Below, piece after piece: positions 1 to 11,255 of a DNA stretch of 64,000 nucleotides. The DNA lies in contig JBLDXI010000026.1 of the NCBI GenBank assembly GCA_047495785.1, positions 186,001 through 250,000 of the forward strand, read 5' to 3'. How positions within the stretch are numbered: the stretch's first letter is position 1; each line of letters begins with the position of its first letter. Made by a program: the position numbers and the translations under genes. The notes beneath the pieces were generated by a model. The model made no database searches. It worked only from the letters and a program-made list of their open reading frames with translations, and was not told where the DNA came from. The DNA comes from Lepidodermella squamata (taxonomy: Eukaryota; Animalia; Gastrotricha).

Positions 1-736
1 TTTTACTAGTTTTTGGGCCGGATACAGATTACAGATTTTTAGCTATAAGAGTACAACAACTTTATACCATAAAATAGACCCGTCCCATCTTATGGTTTAT
101 GTAGGTACAAGGTCATGAAATAAGGTCTTTACCGCATTTTAGCCGGCTTTGAGTCGAAAGTCACTGGATGCGAGAAAGCTAACGCTATCTTTCTTATGAT
201 TTTTCTGATAGAGTGTCCAAAAATATATGAACCAAGTCTCCGCAATTTCTCAGTTTCATCGATATGATCAGGCGACCACGAAATGGGACCCGTGGCTACA
301 TCGGTGGTCGCTATTCCAAGTTTCTAGAAGCTCAGATCTAAATAAATTTAATGTTTGCCTGAAAAAGCCTCGATCAGCCGCCTTAATGCTACTGAGCTCT
401 GAGGCCAGCCGGCCGCAAACGGCCGATAAAACCGAGTTTGCGCACCACTGCCCTATGACCAATATTGCTCGATGAACTATAGGACAATCAGAAAATAAAC
501 AATACAGGTGGTTTATCTCGCAGTTTCAGACGTCGCTAAAACGTCGCGACTCGCCAAAAAATAGAACGCTCGACAAGAGATAAGATAACACGGCTTGAAT
601 ATTGTACGAACAATTCTCAGATCTATTCGTCCTACGCTTGAAGTTATCAGAACTCCAGGTTTCGAATCATCAAGGTGGGTATTTAAGGCCGCGCAAAGCT
701 AACATTTAACTATTAGTTGAAATCCTTAGCTCAAAC

Positions 737-1657
737 ATGACTGAATTGCAGAAACCAAGCGATTTACCAGTAAAGAACCCGGCTAATCCGCCAAACGAAA
801 GCATTGATGACGAGGACTGTTGGTTTTCGATGACTGCTCGTCTTCGGATGAATGGCCGCTATGGCGTGTTCAGAATTTTCCAGGCTGTATGTTTCGAATA
901 GATTCTGGCCTATTCTTTTCAGAGCTGGAAAACTTGCAGAAATGGCGCACCAGGTGCGTAGGAATTTTTGGGAAAAGTAGGCAATTTTGGCTCAGGAAAC
1001 AGTCAAAAGTTGAAGGAAGTGGTAGTTTAGTAGGAAATTTCAAAATAAAATCGGCGCGTAGGAAATCCTGCAGGTTTTCCAGCTCTGATTCTTTTATATG
1101 CTTCAATTTCTGATTTATAGTCATACGAAGCTTTGGCAGCAATTATGTGTATCATTACAATCCTGGTTTATGACGAGAACAAGTGGTTCTACTGGTCTTG
1201 GCTGATAGCTTTACCGCTTATTACAATCATTTATCACCTCATTCAGCTTTGCCATCCAAAGAAACGAGTAACGAAATGCGGTTGCTTTGACGGCGGGTCG
1301 GACGCTGCCTTTGGAATCCTATATCTTCTTCATGGAGTCGCTCAATATCTGATATACTTGAAATACTACACAATGAATTCATCTGACAATATGTTCGGGC
1401 TCTTTGTTTTCCAGCTGGTGAGTCATCGGCGAAATTAACGCGGAATTTTCAACAATTTTCTGTTTTTTTAGGTGTCTGATGCTATCGTTGCCATCACCTA
1501 TCTTTTCTTCGCTGTTGATATTTTTTGCATCAATTTCGTCGAATGGGACAAAGCATACGGCTTCTGCTGTTGCGAAGTGAATGAATTGGATGAATCAGTC
1601 GATATGGCTATCACGGCGATCGCAATTCACAGCGCCAGCGGCATGCACTTTGGTTGA
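737..1657 (+). CDS. Small four-TM membrane protein, MARVEL-like (3 exons: 737-886, 1121-1417, 1472-1657)
   Basis: ATG at 737. GT-AG introns 887-1120 and 1418-1471 join the exons in frame. About four hydrophobic helices; the N-terminal 'YGVFRIFQA..ALAAIMCII' resembles the MARVEL TM1 pattern. Confidence 0.6.
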
Positions 1658-1679
1658 TAATATTCATATTACTCTAGGC

Positions 1680-2190
1680 GAAGCTCACATAATAACATAA
1701 TAACATAATAAGAAACCGCTTATTTAAGGGGGATTTTTTAATTTTTACTGTGAGCACCGAAGGTGCGAAAACCTTGCCCCGCCGAGAAACGCGAGCGCAG
1801 CGAGCATCACGGGGCAAGGTTTTCGCCCGAGCAAAGCGAGGGGACGCTGATTTCATCGAGCGAAGCGAGAAAAAGCACTTGAAACTCTTCGAGCGAAGCG
1901 AGATCACTTTTCTTGTTTCAGCATGAAATTCGTTCAAAAATGCCGTTTTCATCGTACAGTTTTAATGTTGATTTTTTAAAGTCGCATTTCACACCAGAAA
2001 ATCACCTATTATGTCACATTTTTCTATTTAAATTGCAGTTTTATCGGGAACGGTGAACGCTTCGCCTTGAGTAATATGTCTAATAAGGCCCACGGTACGG
2101 CTAGTTTCTCACATAATAAGACTCGGCTTCGCCTCGCCTTATTATGTGAGTTTTTCCTCGAAACTAGCCTTCCCTAGGGCCTTATTTATA
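1680..2190. mobile_element. Non-autonomous palindromic DNA element (Crypton/Helentron-like hallmarks)
   Basis: Hairpin gcgaaaaccttgccccg/cggggcaaggttttcgc at 1765-1826. Repeated cgagcgaagcgag motifs. Nested inverted repeats at 2082-2186 around a ctcggcttcgcctcg loop. Confidence 0.5.
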
Positions 2191-3256
2191 CATAATTGAA
2201 AATTATGTATTAATACTGGCATAAACGATTGCTAATAAACGCTGATCGATTTTATTAGTCGAACATTAGATTACTCTCACTGCCAATTTTTCACCTGCCT
2301 GCTTTTCATCGTACTGTAAATTTAGGGTTTCAGCACTGCATTCGAGGCTCCAGTATTATATAGATTTGTCAGTAGTTTTTCGACTTGCGCAGCTTTCGAT
2401 CTCTATTTTTCATCATCAAAACAAACTGTTATAATACCTACAGAGCACCATTTTATCAACCAATTTTCGAAAATTCGAAAATTGACTAGTGATATCAACG
2501 ATACTGAGCCGGTTTTACATGTTTTAATTAAAAATTCTGGTCTGCAGACCAGATGGAGAGTCCGAACGAGAAAAAACTGTCCGCTGGCGGTTATGATCTG
2601 GTTTTCGCAACAAATCACCTTCTGTAAGTTTCCGGGGTTAAACGCCTAAGATTTAACGAAAAACGGCATAAAAATGGCTTGTTTAGGCTTAGCGGATACA
2701 TCTAATTGAGCCATAATTAGACAAAATGACGCCGGCTGCCTTATTTAATGCTTGAAATGCTATCAGAAAAACACTAACAAAGGTGTCGTCGCCGGTGATA
2801 AAATGCGGAATTACGGGGATGAAGTTGCGCGCCGGGGAACTTGCGGTGCGCGGAGCGGCTACAACGCGAAAACGGGCCGCATCGCGCAGCACGCTTTTTC
2901 GTAGCAACAAAATTTTTATTTAAAAAAAATTATTAATATAATAAAATAAAAATATTTTTAAAAGGAAATTTAATTTTGTGCATAAAAATTTGCGGTAGCG
3001 CGCGATTTTCCAACGCGCGCGGCGGATGTTCGGTTTTAAAAAGAACACCCTGTATATTATCTCATTGCTGTCCGCCGTTAACAACGTCATCAGTTAAATA
3101 ATTCTTGGTTATGCTTAAAAATGGCTTCCACATAGGATCAAAATTGTCGTATTCGAATTACCGAATATTTTAGAATATTTTATTAGTTCTTGGATGAGCA
3201 TAATATCAAAAAGCATAAGTAAATCCTATAATCCAACCCAAAATTTCAAGTTTGGT

Positions 3257-5872
3257 TTATAATTGTGATGATTCTGGCTCCGCAGGAGGATCACATAGAT
3301 CGGGAGTCTTCGGGCACTGTTTCGCAGAATCCCATCGCTTCGATGTGCAGTCGAACTCCAAAGCCTGAATAACATTCCTGATTCGAAAATCTTCCAACTT
3401 GCACTTGACCCCAAAAGCATTGCAATACAGCTCATCGTTGTATTTCGGCAAGCCTTTCATCTTTCCAACAGCTGAATGGGGCTGTATCGCCATTTCTATC
3501 ATTGCAGGTAAGATGGCAATGCAGTTCAAACTATCCAGAGTCTTCAAGAATGCAGGGGTAAGGAATGCAGCAGACTTCCACGAGGAATTCCTAGCCCGAG
3601 CCAGTTTCACTACCTTGTAAACCTCGTGAGCATAGAGAGCACGGAGAATCTTTGCCAGCGATTGGTATGACGTCAGCTTCCTAGATTTTGCAATTGCAAC
3701 CATTGGGCCGATAAACCGCTGTACTCCAGTGTAACCAATGTTAAAAGTCAGGCTCGGATTCTTACAAGACTCCTTCTCTGCTATTTCAAGGGCTTTGAAT
3801 ACATCCTCAGCATATCCAGCGATGGCAGAGTTTGAAATGTGGACACTTCGAACGAGATGGCAGAAAGAGGTGATTGCAACTTCCAGTTTGTGTTCGTTGA
3901 TTTCCTGGCAGAGCTTCCATACTCCAGCAGCCAGTGTTTGAGCATAACTTTCGGACGTATTCGAAACTTTGTTCCTCATACCCACAGAAGCGCAATAGTC
4001 CAGCAAGTTTGGCGCATGCTTCTGAAGAAACACCTGAATTCTTGAATCTTCGAAATACGGAATGACATTGGTAATCTTTTCGTTAGACTGCGGAACAGTC
4101 AAGTGTTGTCGGTCACCACTCTGCTTAGCCGCGACAATCAAATCCGAAATACTCATGTAGCACCCAGGGAAAATCTTGTCAGCCTGCCAATGGGATGGAT
4201 CGATGAACTCGCCCATCGGTCCGTTGCAAGCAATGCCGACGATATTTATAAGCTCCAGAATTTCCATTCCCTCCATGGTGTCGAAAATTTCGGTATCACT
4301 GTGAAGCTCACACACAGCTTGAATGCCGGCTAGAGTCGTCGCGAAAGAGAAGAATGAGGGCATGTGACCGCTATCGTCGATGCCATCGAGTTCGGGCAAG
4401 TTGTCATGCATAGCTTTAACTTCGTCATGGAGATTTGCAATAATCTCAAGATCTTCAACTTCGATAGGGTCTTCCTCCTCATTTTCCATTTCCCAAGGGT
4501 ACTTAGCACGAGATGCTTGGTATCCACTCGCTATTTGGTCCTGATACATCATCTGCTGTTGGAAGCCATAATGCGGTTGTTGAACTGGAACGGGCATGGC
4601 GAGCTGTTGTCGTTGAAGATACGGAGTGTAATGTTTATGGCCTTTTCGCATCGAGGCAGCTTTCTGACTAGGAAATACCCCTTGTGAAATGTAACTCATC
4701 GCCCGAGCGACATAAGAGGATTGCTGCATGTAGACAGCCTGCTGAGCCGCACCAAGCACTCCAACACTGCTTTGCATATTGAAGATTTGTCTGAATTGCA
4801 AGGCCTGCCCGGCAAAGTTTCGTCGCACTTTGTTCTTGTAAAGCGCCAGGCGTTTCCGATACTCCCCGCTTTCGTCTTCTGGAGGCAGGGTCTTCTGAAG
4901 AGCGCCGAAAAAGTTGCTGAAGAATTCTTTCGCAGCTTTCACTTCCCGCTCAGCCTCGGGAAAGTTGGCAACTTGCAGAGACTTGATTTTGAAAGCTAAG
5001 GCTCTGAGTTTCGAGTCGAAGATTTTGAAGTTCTCATAGTTAAGTTGACCAGCTTGCTCGATTTGAATCGGCTTGCCATTCGCCTTCAGACCTTCTGGCA
5101 TTTTGTCGAACCAGAATACATTCTCTCCAAAAGCAAGGTGCACCTTATTGTGGCTTTTCAAAGACCATGGTAACAGTTTGGCGCCATGAGGGGTGGTAAG
5201 ACTAACCTCGCAACCAACGCCATCGTCGAGAAACAACCCCGCGATTCGATCGGCTAGTGAGTCATCCGTCGTTGTTTCCGAGGACACATCGATCAATCCG
5301 CTTCTCAGTGAGTCCTTGACATCGATCGTGCTGAACTGAAGTACACTAGCCAGGCCTCGGGTGTCTGGTTGAGAGTTGCTGGTGAAGTAACGGATCGCTT
5401 GAGAGTTGACAAGTCGTTGGGCGAATACTGGAGCTAGCTCCGAGGATTTCCTAACCGTAACCTCAATATCACCCAATTCACCGTCAGAGAACGTCAATAT
5501 TCGAATAGGCATATTCTCAGGGAATGTTTTGACCAGTTTAGCGAGCTCGTCAATGGCGTAGGACATGCTGGTAGCACACATATTATACAAGTCCAGGGTA
5601 GCAATGTCATCTACGGTTGTTTGGTACAACTTGGCCCTTGATTCGAAGGTGATTAGCGAGATCGGATCTTTGCCGCCGTAACCAACCATTTTCAGCGATT
5701 GAGGCACGACTCGTTCCGCTAATCGCTTCACATTTCCGCCCATCGATAGAGATACGTCCATAATAACGATTGTTGATATTACAGGAGCTCGCTCTACCTT
5801 CTCCGAGCGTTCAAATTCCATTTTTCCGACAAAACAGCCGTCGAAAACTGAATATACCTGCATAGCGGGCAT
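3257..5872 (-). CDS. Intronless 871-aa protein: N-terminal vWA domain, helical region, Q/P/Y-rich linker, uncharacterised C-terminal domain
   Basis: Uninterrupted ORF. MIDAS motif DVSLS, 'LITFES' and 'LTFSDGE' are typical vWA elements. Confidence 0.8.
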   Translation of the reverse strand: MPAMQVYSVFDGCFVGKMEFERSEKVERAPVISTIVIMDVSLSMGGNVKRLAERVVPQSLKMVGYGGKDPISLITFESRAKLYQTTVDDIATLDLYNMCATSMSYAIDELAKLVKTFPENMPIRILTFSDGELGDIEVTVRKSSELAPVFAQRLVNSQAIRYFTSNSQPDTRGLASVLQFSTIDVKDSLRSGLIDVSSETTTDDSLADRIAGLFLDDGVGCEVSLTTPHGAKLLPWSLKSHNKVHLAFGENVFWFDKMPEGLKANGKPIQIEQAGQLNYENFKIFDSKLRALAFKIKSLQVANFPEAEREVKAAKEFFSNFFGALQKTLPPEDESGEYRKRLALYKNKVRRNFAGQALQFRQIFNMQSSVGVLGAAQQAVYMQQSSYVARAMSYISQGVFPSQKAASMRKGHKHYTPYLQRQQLAMPVPVQQPHYGFQQQMMYQDQIASGYQASRAKYPWEMENEEEDPIEVEDLEIIANLHDEVKAMHDNLPELDGIDDSGHMPSFFSFATTLAGIQAVCELHSDTEIFDTMEGMEILELINIVGIACNGPMGEFIDPSHWQADKIFPGCYMSISDLIVAAKQSGDRQHLTVPQSNEKITNVIPYFEDSRIQVFLQKHAPNLLDYCASVGMRNKVSNTSESYAQTLAAGVWKLCQEINEHKLEVAITSFCHLVRSVHISNSAIAGYAEDVFKALEIAEKESCKNPSLTFNIGYTGVQRFIGPMVAIAKSRKLTSYQSLAKILRALYAHEVYKVVKLARARNSSWKSAAFLTPAFLKTLDSLNCIAILPAMIEMAIQPHSAVGKMKGLPKYNDELYCNAFGVKCKLEDFRIRNVIQALEFDCTSKRWDSAKQCPKTPDLCDPPAEPESSQL

Positions 5873-7137
5873 TTTTTGATTGATTCTATTTCATGAATAG
5901 AGAATAAAAAGCGTAATAAAGGTGTTTGTGTGAAACTCGTCTAATTATCGCAAATGTGGGAAGAGGTGCCCAACCCAACACACACTTACAAGCCACGCAT
6001 TTTTTATCGTAAATTAAAGATGAATCATTTTTAAGGTATAGTAAAATCAAACTACAATGCTTATCTTGTGGCAGGTAGCTTGCAGAGATAAAGACTGAAA
6101 GTGGGGAAACATCCCACATCCCATGTGCCGTAGACGTGAACAGCGAAAAAGTCCAAATTCTTCATAATTGAAAACTGATTTCAAAATTTCAATGAATTTT
6201 AGCGTTGCGTTGAAATTTAAAAGAAAGCAAAAATGATCTATTAACGTCGCAATCGATATTTTCAGTCACGCGACCGCTCTTCAACAAGCTCTTCATCAGA
6301 TTTTTCGAAATTTCGAACCAAGGACAGATAGGAAAATGTAGGCATCGCAAAGATTCGGAAAAACTTAGCCCTGGAATTGTTGTGGGGAATACAGGCATGG
6401 CACTAGCCATCTTTGCCAATGAGCTGAGGAGCCATAAGTGGTCTCAAGCTGTATCGGCAATTACCTATAAAGTCACACGTGATAGCTTCGATTTACACAC
6501 CTGCTTCACCATCTGGCGCAAATGCCGTTGGGAGTGCGCCTTTTGCTCGATAGCCTTCTCATTACGAAAAAGAAGCTCAAAACAAGCCTTATCTTTTGCG
6601 GAAATGTATTTGCAGTTAAATCGCTGGCTTCCTTACCCAGCTTCCATCTTTGTAGGATGTTGTGACTTGACGGATGTTTTGGTTTGGTTTGAAATTTCAG
6701 GCAAGCTTTTCACGCTTGGATAATTTTGCTTCAACTGAAATATTCTACAAATAAATAGATAGTAGATTCATAGATACGTACCGACTGTAGATACATCAGT
6801 GCATATAAATATGAGATATAAAAGCAACTTTTATCGCAGGAGCCTCGGATGGCTTGTTGATAACATCTCTCCACTAATAAAAACACAGCCCCTTCGCCAC
6901 TGTGGGTACGGGTTATCCTGGTCGGAATTAACCGGTCGTTCCAAGCGATTAAAAACTAAATTTACTGTTTTTCTTTTATAAATGTTTTTCCTATATACTC
7001 CTTTACAGATTTGATTTATTTTATAGGTCTCAAAAGTTTTTAATCAATCGATGCCATGAGGAATTTCCAGCCTCGATCTCACAGCTAAATAAGGGTTTCG
7101 AAAAACTGATCGAATTACCAAGGAAAGTCAGCAATAT

Positions 7138-7824
7138 ATGGATCGAATAATCGGCGGAGAAAAGCTGATTCTTGGAAGCTGGAAGCTCCCAGATAGAATG
7201 AGCATAGATGGAGAGTATTGCCGTTTGCAGCGGCTTATGCCTTCACATTGGGAAGCTGTTCACGAATTCATGCATGTACCTGATGCAGCTTCGCGTTACA
7301 AGTTCTCTTTCGGTCTGCCGCCGCTTACTGATCGACAAGCGTTCGATTCCTGGTTCGATGAGTTGGTTAATTCCAAAGAAGTCATTCCATACGTAATTAT
7401 CGATAGCGTAACAGATGAAATCGGCGGTAAAGCGTATCTAATGAGCATCAACGCCGATCATGGGACAATTGAAATCGGAGGAATAATTTTCGGTCCGAAA
7501 ATCGCGAAGTCCCGAATTTCAACCGAGGCAGTTTACCTTTTGGCTAGTTACGCATTGGACGACTTGAAATACCGCAGAGTTGTGTGGCGGTGCCACAACG
7601 CGAACGAAGCGTCGAAAAGAGCTGCCGCGAGATTCGGTTTCCAATTCGAAGGTGTCTTCCGCCAGGACATGGTTCATAACGGCGAAAATCGTGATACAGC
7701 TTGGTACTCGATCATCGACAAGGAATGGCCGGCTGTGAGACTGGCATTTGAAAAATGGTTGGATAAATCGAATTTCGATGACAAGGGCCAACAAATTCAA
7801 AGCATCGCCTCATTTCATGAGTGA
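7138..7824 (+). CDS. GNAT N-acetyltransferase, RimJ/RimL family (bacterial/fungal type), copy 1
   Basis: Intronless 228 aa with 'HGTIEIGGI', 'YRRVVWRCHNANEASKRAAARFGFQFEGVFRQ' and 'NRDTAWYSIIDKEWP'. Confidence 0.9.
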   Translation: MDRIIGGEKLILGSWKLPDRMSIDGEYCRLQRLMPSHWEAVHEFMHVPDAASRYKFSFGLPPLTDRQAFDSWFDELVNSKEVIPYVIIDSVTDEIGGKAYLMSINADHGTIEIGGIIFGPKIAKSRISTEAVYLLASYALDDLKYRRVVWRCHNANEASKRAAARFGFQFEGVFRQDMVHNGENRDTAWYSIIDKEWPAVRLAFEKWLDKSNFDDKGQQIQSIASFHE

Positions 7825-8487
7825 TTATTCAGAATAAAAATGTATAAAACAGTATTGTAAAATGTCACACAAAATTCGTGTCGACTTTTAATTTGCAGAT
7901 CATGCGTGATTCAAAATGCTCGAAAATAATCGATAGCTGCTTCAGAAGTATGACAAAACGCAATTACAGGTAACTTCTCCTTTCGGTAATTCATAAATTT
8001 TAAAGATTTTTTCGTCTCCGCAGTGCTCCATATTATAGCTCAGTTCGAAATTTCAGGAGAATTTGACTGCGGATGTCTACCGTGTTGCTTTGAAAAAGCG
8101 TCATGAGTCAACAGATCCGGGATCCCTCGATTTTTCGAGATGAAACCGCATGAAATCCCGGAGCTGATTGATACGAGATGCTTTTATTATTTTTTGCTAT
8201 GACCGAGGGCGAAATTTAAGTGAAGAAAAGTCGGCACGTGCCACTCGCCAGTATTTGATTTTCAGCTTCGAGAATTAGTAAAGTTGTAATTTTTTATTTT
8301 AATCTACCATAAAACAACCCTAATACGGTTTTTTATATTGAGATTATGGTGTACCTCACAGGCTTATATATTTTATCTATATTATTATTTATCTGACGTA
8401 GCATTCGTGCCACGTTTTCAGCTTACCACTGCGTATACAATCGTATTCCTCAGTGTAGTTCTGTAGTGGTTTTGTTCGTTAATTATA

Positions 8488-9186
8488 ATGAACACTGAAC
8501 AAAGCAGCGAAAATTTGGTCGCTGGAAGTTGGAAAATCCCCGAGCGAAAAATCATTGAAGGAAAATACTGCCGCTTGGAACCTTTATCTGCTCATCACTA
8601 CGATGCGGTTTACGAATTTATGCATGTACCTGATGCTGCGACCAGGTACCAATTCGTGTTTGGCTTGCCACCCGTTGACGATAGACAAGCTTTCGACGAA
8701 TGGTTCAATCGTATTTTAAACGCGAAAGATTTCCTTTCCCTTCCTTTTGTTCCTTATGTGGTAGTCGATAGAACAACTGGTGAAGTAGGCGGTAAGGCGT
8801 ATTTGATGAGTATCAACAAGGACCATGGTACCATTGAAATTGGCAGCATTTTGTTTGGCCCAAAAATAGCAAAAACTCGAATAGCAACAGAGGCGATTTT
8901 TCTATCGGCGCGTTATGTTTTCGACGAGTTGAAATACCGAAGATTCGAATGGCGTTGTAACAACGCGAATCAAACGTCAAAGAACGCAGCGCTCAGGTTC
9001 GGATTTACCCTGGAGGGTATTTTTCGCCAGGCTATGGTGCATAATGGGAAAAATCGAGATACCGCCTGGTTTTCAATCATCGACAAGGAGTGGCCGGCTT
9101 TGAAGGTTGCTTACGAAAAATGGCTCGATGACTCAAATTTCGATGATTGCGGCAAGCAGAAACAATCTTTGGCATCGTTCCGCTGA
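8488..9186 (+). CDS. GNAT N-acetyltransferase, RimJ/RimL family, copy 2 (tandem paralogue)
   Basis: Intronless 232 aa, collinear with copy 1; 'YRRFEWRCNNANQTSKNAALRFGFTLEGIFRQ' and 'NRDTAWFSIIDKEWP'. Confidence 0.9.
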   Translation: MNTEQSSENLVAGSWKIPERKIIEGKYCRLEPLSAHHYDAVYEFMHVPDAATRYQFVFGLPPVDDRQAFDEWFNRILNAKDFLSLPFVPYVVVDRTTGEVGGKAYLMSINKDHGTIEIGSILFGPKIAKTRIATEAIFLSARYVFDELKYRRFEWRCNNANQTSKNAALRFGFTLEGIFRQAMVHNGKNRDTAWFSIIDKEWPALKVAYEKWLDDSNFDDCGKQKQSLASFR

Positions 9187-9564
9187 TTTTTCTCAAACTT
9201 GATCGAAAAAATAAAATTAGGAAAAATTAGCAAATTTTTTCAAGTCCAAGGGTCGCGTCGAAATGTGTACTATTGACCTTTTCATGCCTGGCGGCGTCGG
9301 AAAATCCTCAGATAAGAAATAGATAAAGTCGAAAGAAATGGCCGACATAAAAAAAATCACCACTCGAACTTAGGAAATAAATGTGGTACTTAGTTTTCGG
9401 TTTTTAAGATTTTGGGCCTGTACATTTAATTTCGGTGGCTTTTAGGTTGGCCGCTGAGGAAAGAATACTGATTTATCACAATTTGAATGAATATTTGGTG
9501 TTTTTAATTTAGTTAGTTTTACTATAACCCCGAATTCAAAGATCAAACCGAAAATTAGCCAGTG

Positions 9565-9582
9565 ATTAATTAATTAATTAAT

Positions 9583-9625
<43 letters not shown>

Positions 9626-9627
9626 TT
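9565..9627. repeat. (TTAA)n/(TTTA)n microsatellite next to the carrier stop codon
   Basis: Directly visible tetranucleotide run. Confidence 0.9.
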
Positions 9628-10674
9628 AAAGACCCCCAACACGGTCTCGGCCTAGGACATGTTTAGCATACAAACCAGTTAATTGTTCAAGAAAAACAAG
9701 CATTAAAACAGTGTGAGGTCCAACGCGCAAGTAATAGGGCGTGAAGCCCTTCCAGAGCGCGACAATGCCCTCATTTTGGACAACGCGCCTCAGTACGTCA
9801 AACATGCCGCGATATTCGGGCCGGCCGTCAACAAATCGCATGTTTTGAATCCGAGTCTTGGCCATGTCGAAAGGCAGCGACGCGAAAGACGTAACCAAAC
9901 CACTGGTCATGCCGGCTCCAAAATGGGTTAAAAAATTGTCGTGGAAGTAACCGGTTGATAGGATAAATTCCTTAGCTTGGGAATAAGTAGCCAGTTGCGC
10001 GATATTTGTCACAACAGAGCGAACAACAGTCGGCCACATGCCCTGAAAAATTCATAATATTTGTCAAAAAATCGGCGCAAAATAATAAGATCCTAACCCT
10101 GAAAATGCCACCCGGACCTTCGTCAGCCACAATTCGATACAAAGCGTGGACAACGTTTCTATAATTTCGCCGTTGTTCGATCGGCAACCGGCCGTCAGTT
10201 GTCATTCGGATAAGGCAAACCTCGGCCGGATTACCAACAACTGCCCCAGCCCCGCCAGCGACAGCGGCTATCAAAAACTTTTCAAGGTAAGACGGCGGCG
10301 TCACTTGACCATCAGCTCCTTTTGTCGATAATTTTTCGAACAAGGCGGTGTAGACACCCAGCCGAGCTGTGGCGTAGGTGGCCTGACGTAGCCAACCGGC
10401 TGTCAGACCGGAATAAACCGCGCGAATTCCTTCATTTCTCGCCACTGAAGCTAGGAGATGAAATGAGGACTTGTACTCGCGATTTCGACTCCCAGCTCCC
10501 GACATTTGCATACGATTTTTCAGAACATCCATCGGGTGAACAAAACACGTTGCCATGCAGCTATTCGAAATTCGGTTTTAATTAGCTTGATTGAAATAAA
10601 CCAAATACTTACCCAGATAAGCCTCCTAACACAAATCTGGCTGCGGTTGGCATTTGCCCGTCAGTTTTAGCCAT
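9626..10674 (-). CDS. SLC25A11: Mitochondrial 2-oxoglutarate/malate carrier (exons 10674-10613, 10560-10098, 10042-9626)
   Basis: Three carrier signatures (PMDVLKNR, PAEVCLIR, PFDMAKTR). OGC-typical 'RQATYATARLG', 'RMTTDGRLP', 'QLATYSQAK' and 'WKGFTPYYLRVGPHT'. Two GT-AG introns. Confidence 0.92.
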
Positions 10675-11255
10675 GGTAATTTGCTTGTATTTACCTGCAG
10701 CTTATACGTTTGATTCAATAAAATGCGTACAAATTCACTTCAAGTAGGGCAAATATAACGTCCAGCCACACCGGCAGAATCGCCGTCACATGTCACCACT
10801 GTGTAGGTGGAGAGCAGAGGGCAACACGTTTTTTGCACCATAAAGAATACTTTTTTTCTCATATATCAGGTGTTTGGCTATACCTTGTTACGTTGTAATT
10901 GCCTTGTTGTCGTAAACTACGGCAGACATCCCTTCAAGAGCGATAAGAGCATCCACGTTTTCTTGTGATCATGTTTTAAAACATTGCTGACCTACGGCGA
11001 GGTCAACCTAAAGGGGTGCTGAAGTAATAAAAGGGGTAAATAAGGGGTAATAAAAAAAGAAATTCGGAAAATGTCGATCCTGAATCCATACCGACAACCA
11101 ATAATTCGTTAGGAAAAATAAATCTTGAGAAAAGTGCTGATTTTTAATGTTATCTTTCCAGGTGTCATCCAAAATTATCTTATCGCAAAAAACCGTAAAA
11201 AAACTACTTGAGAATGAGCGTAGTCTGAAACGAGTGTTTTTTTTATTATCAAAAA

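Noticed and set aside
6189-6740. Possible spliced gene on the minus strand
   Set aside because: Splice-like signals exist, but every joining I tried hit stop codons and no motif was recognisable.
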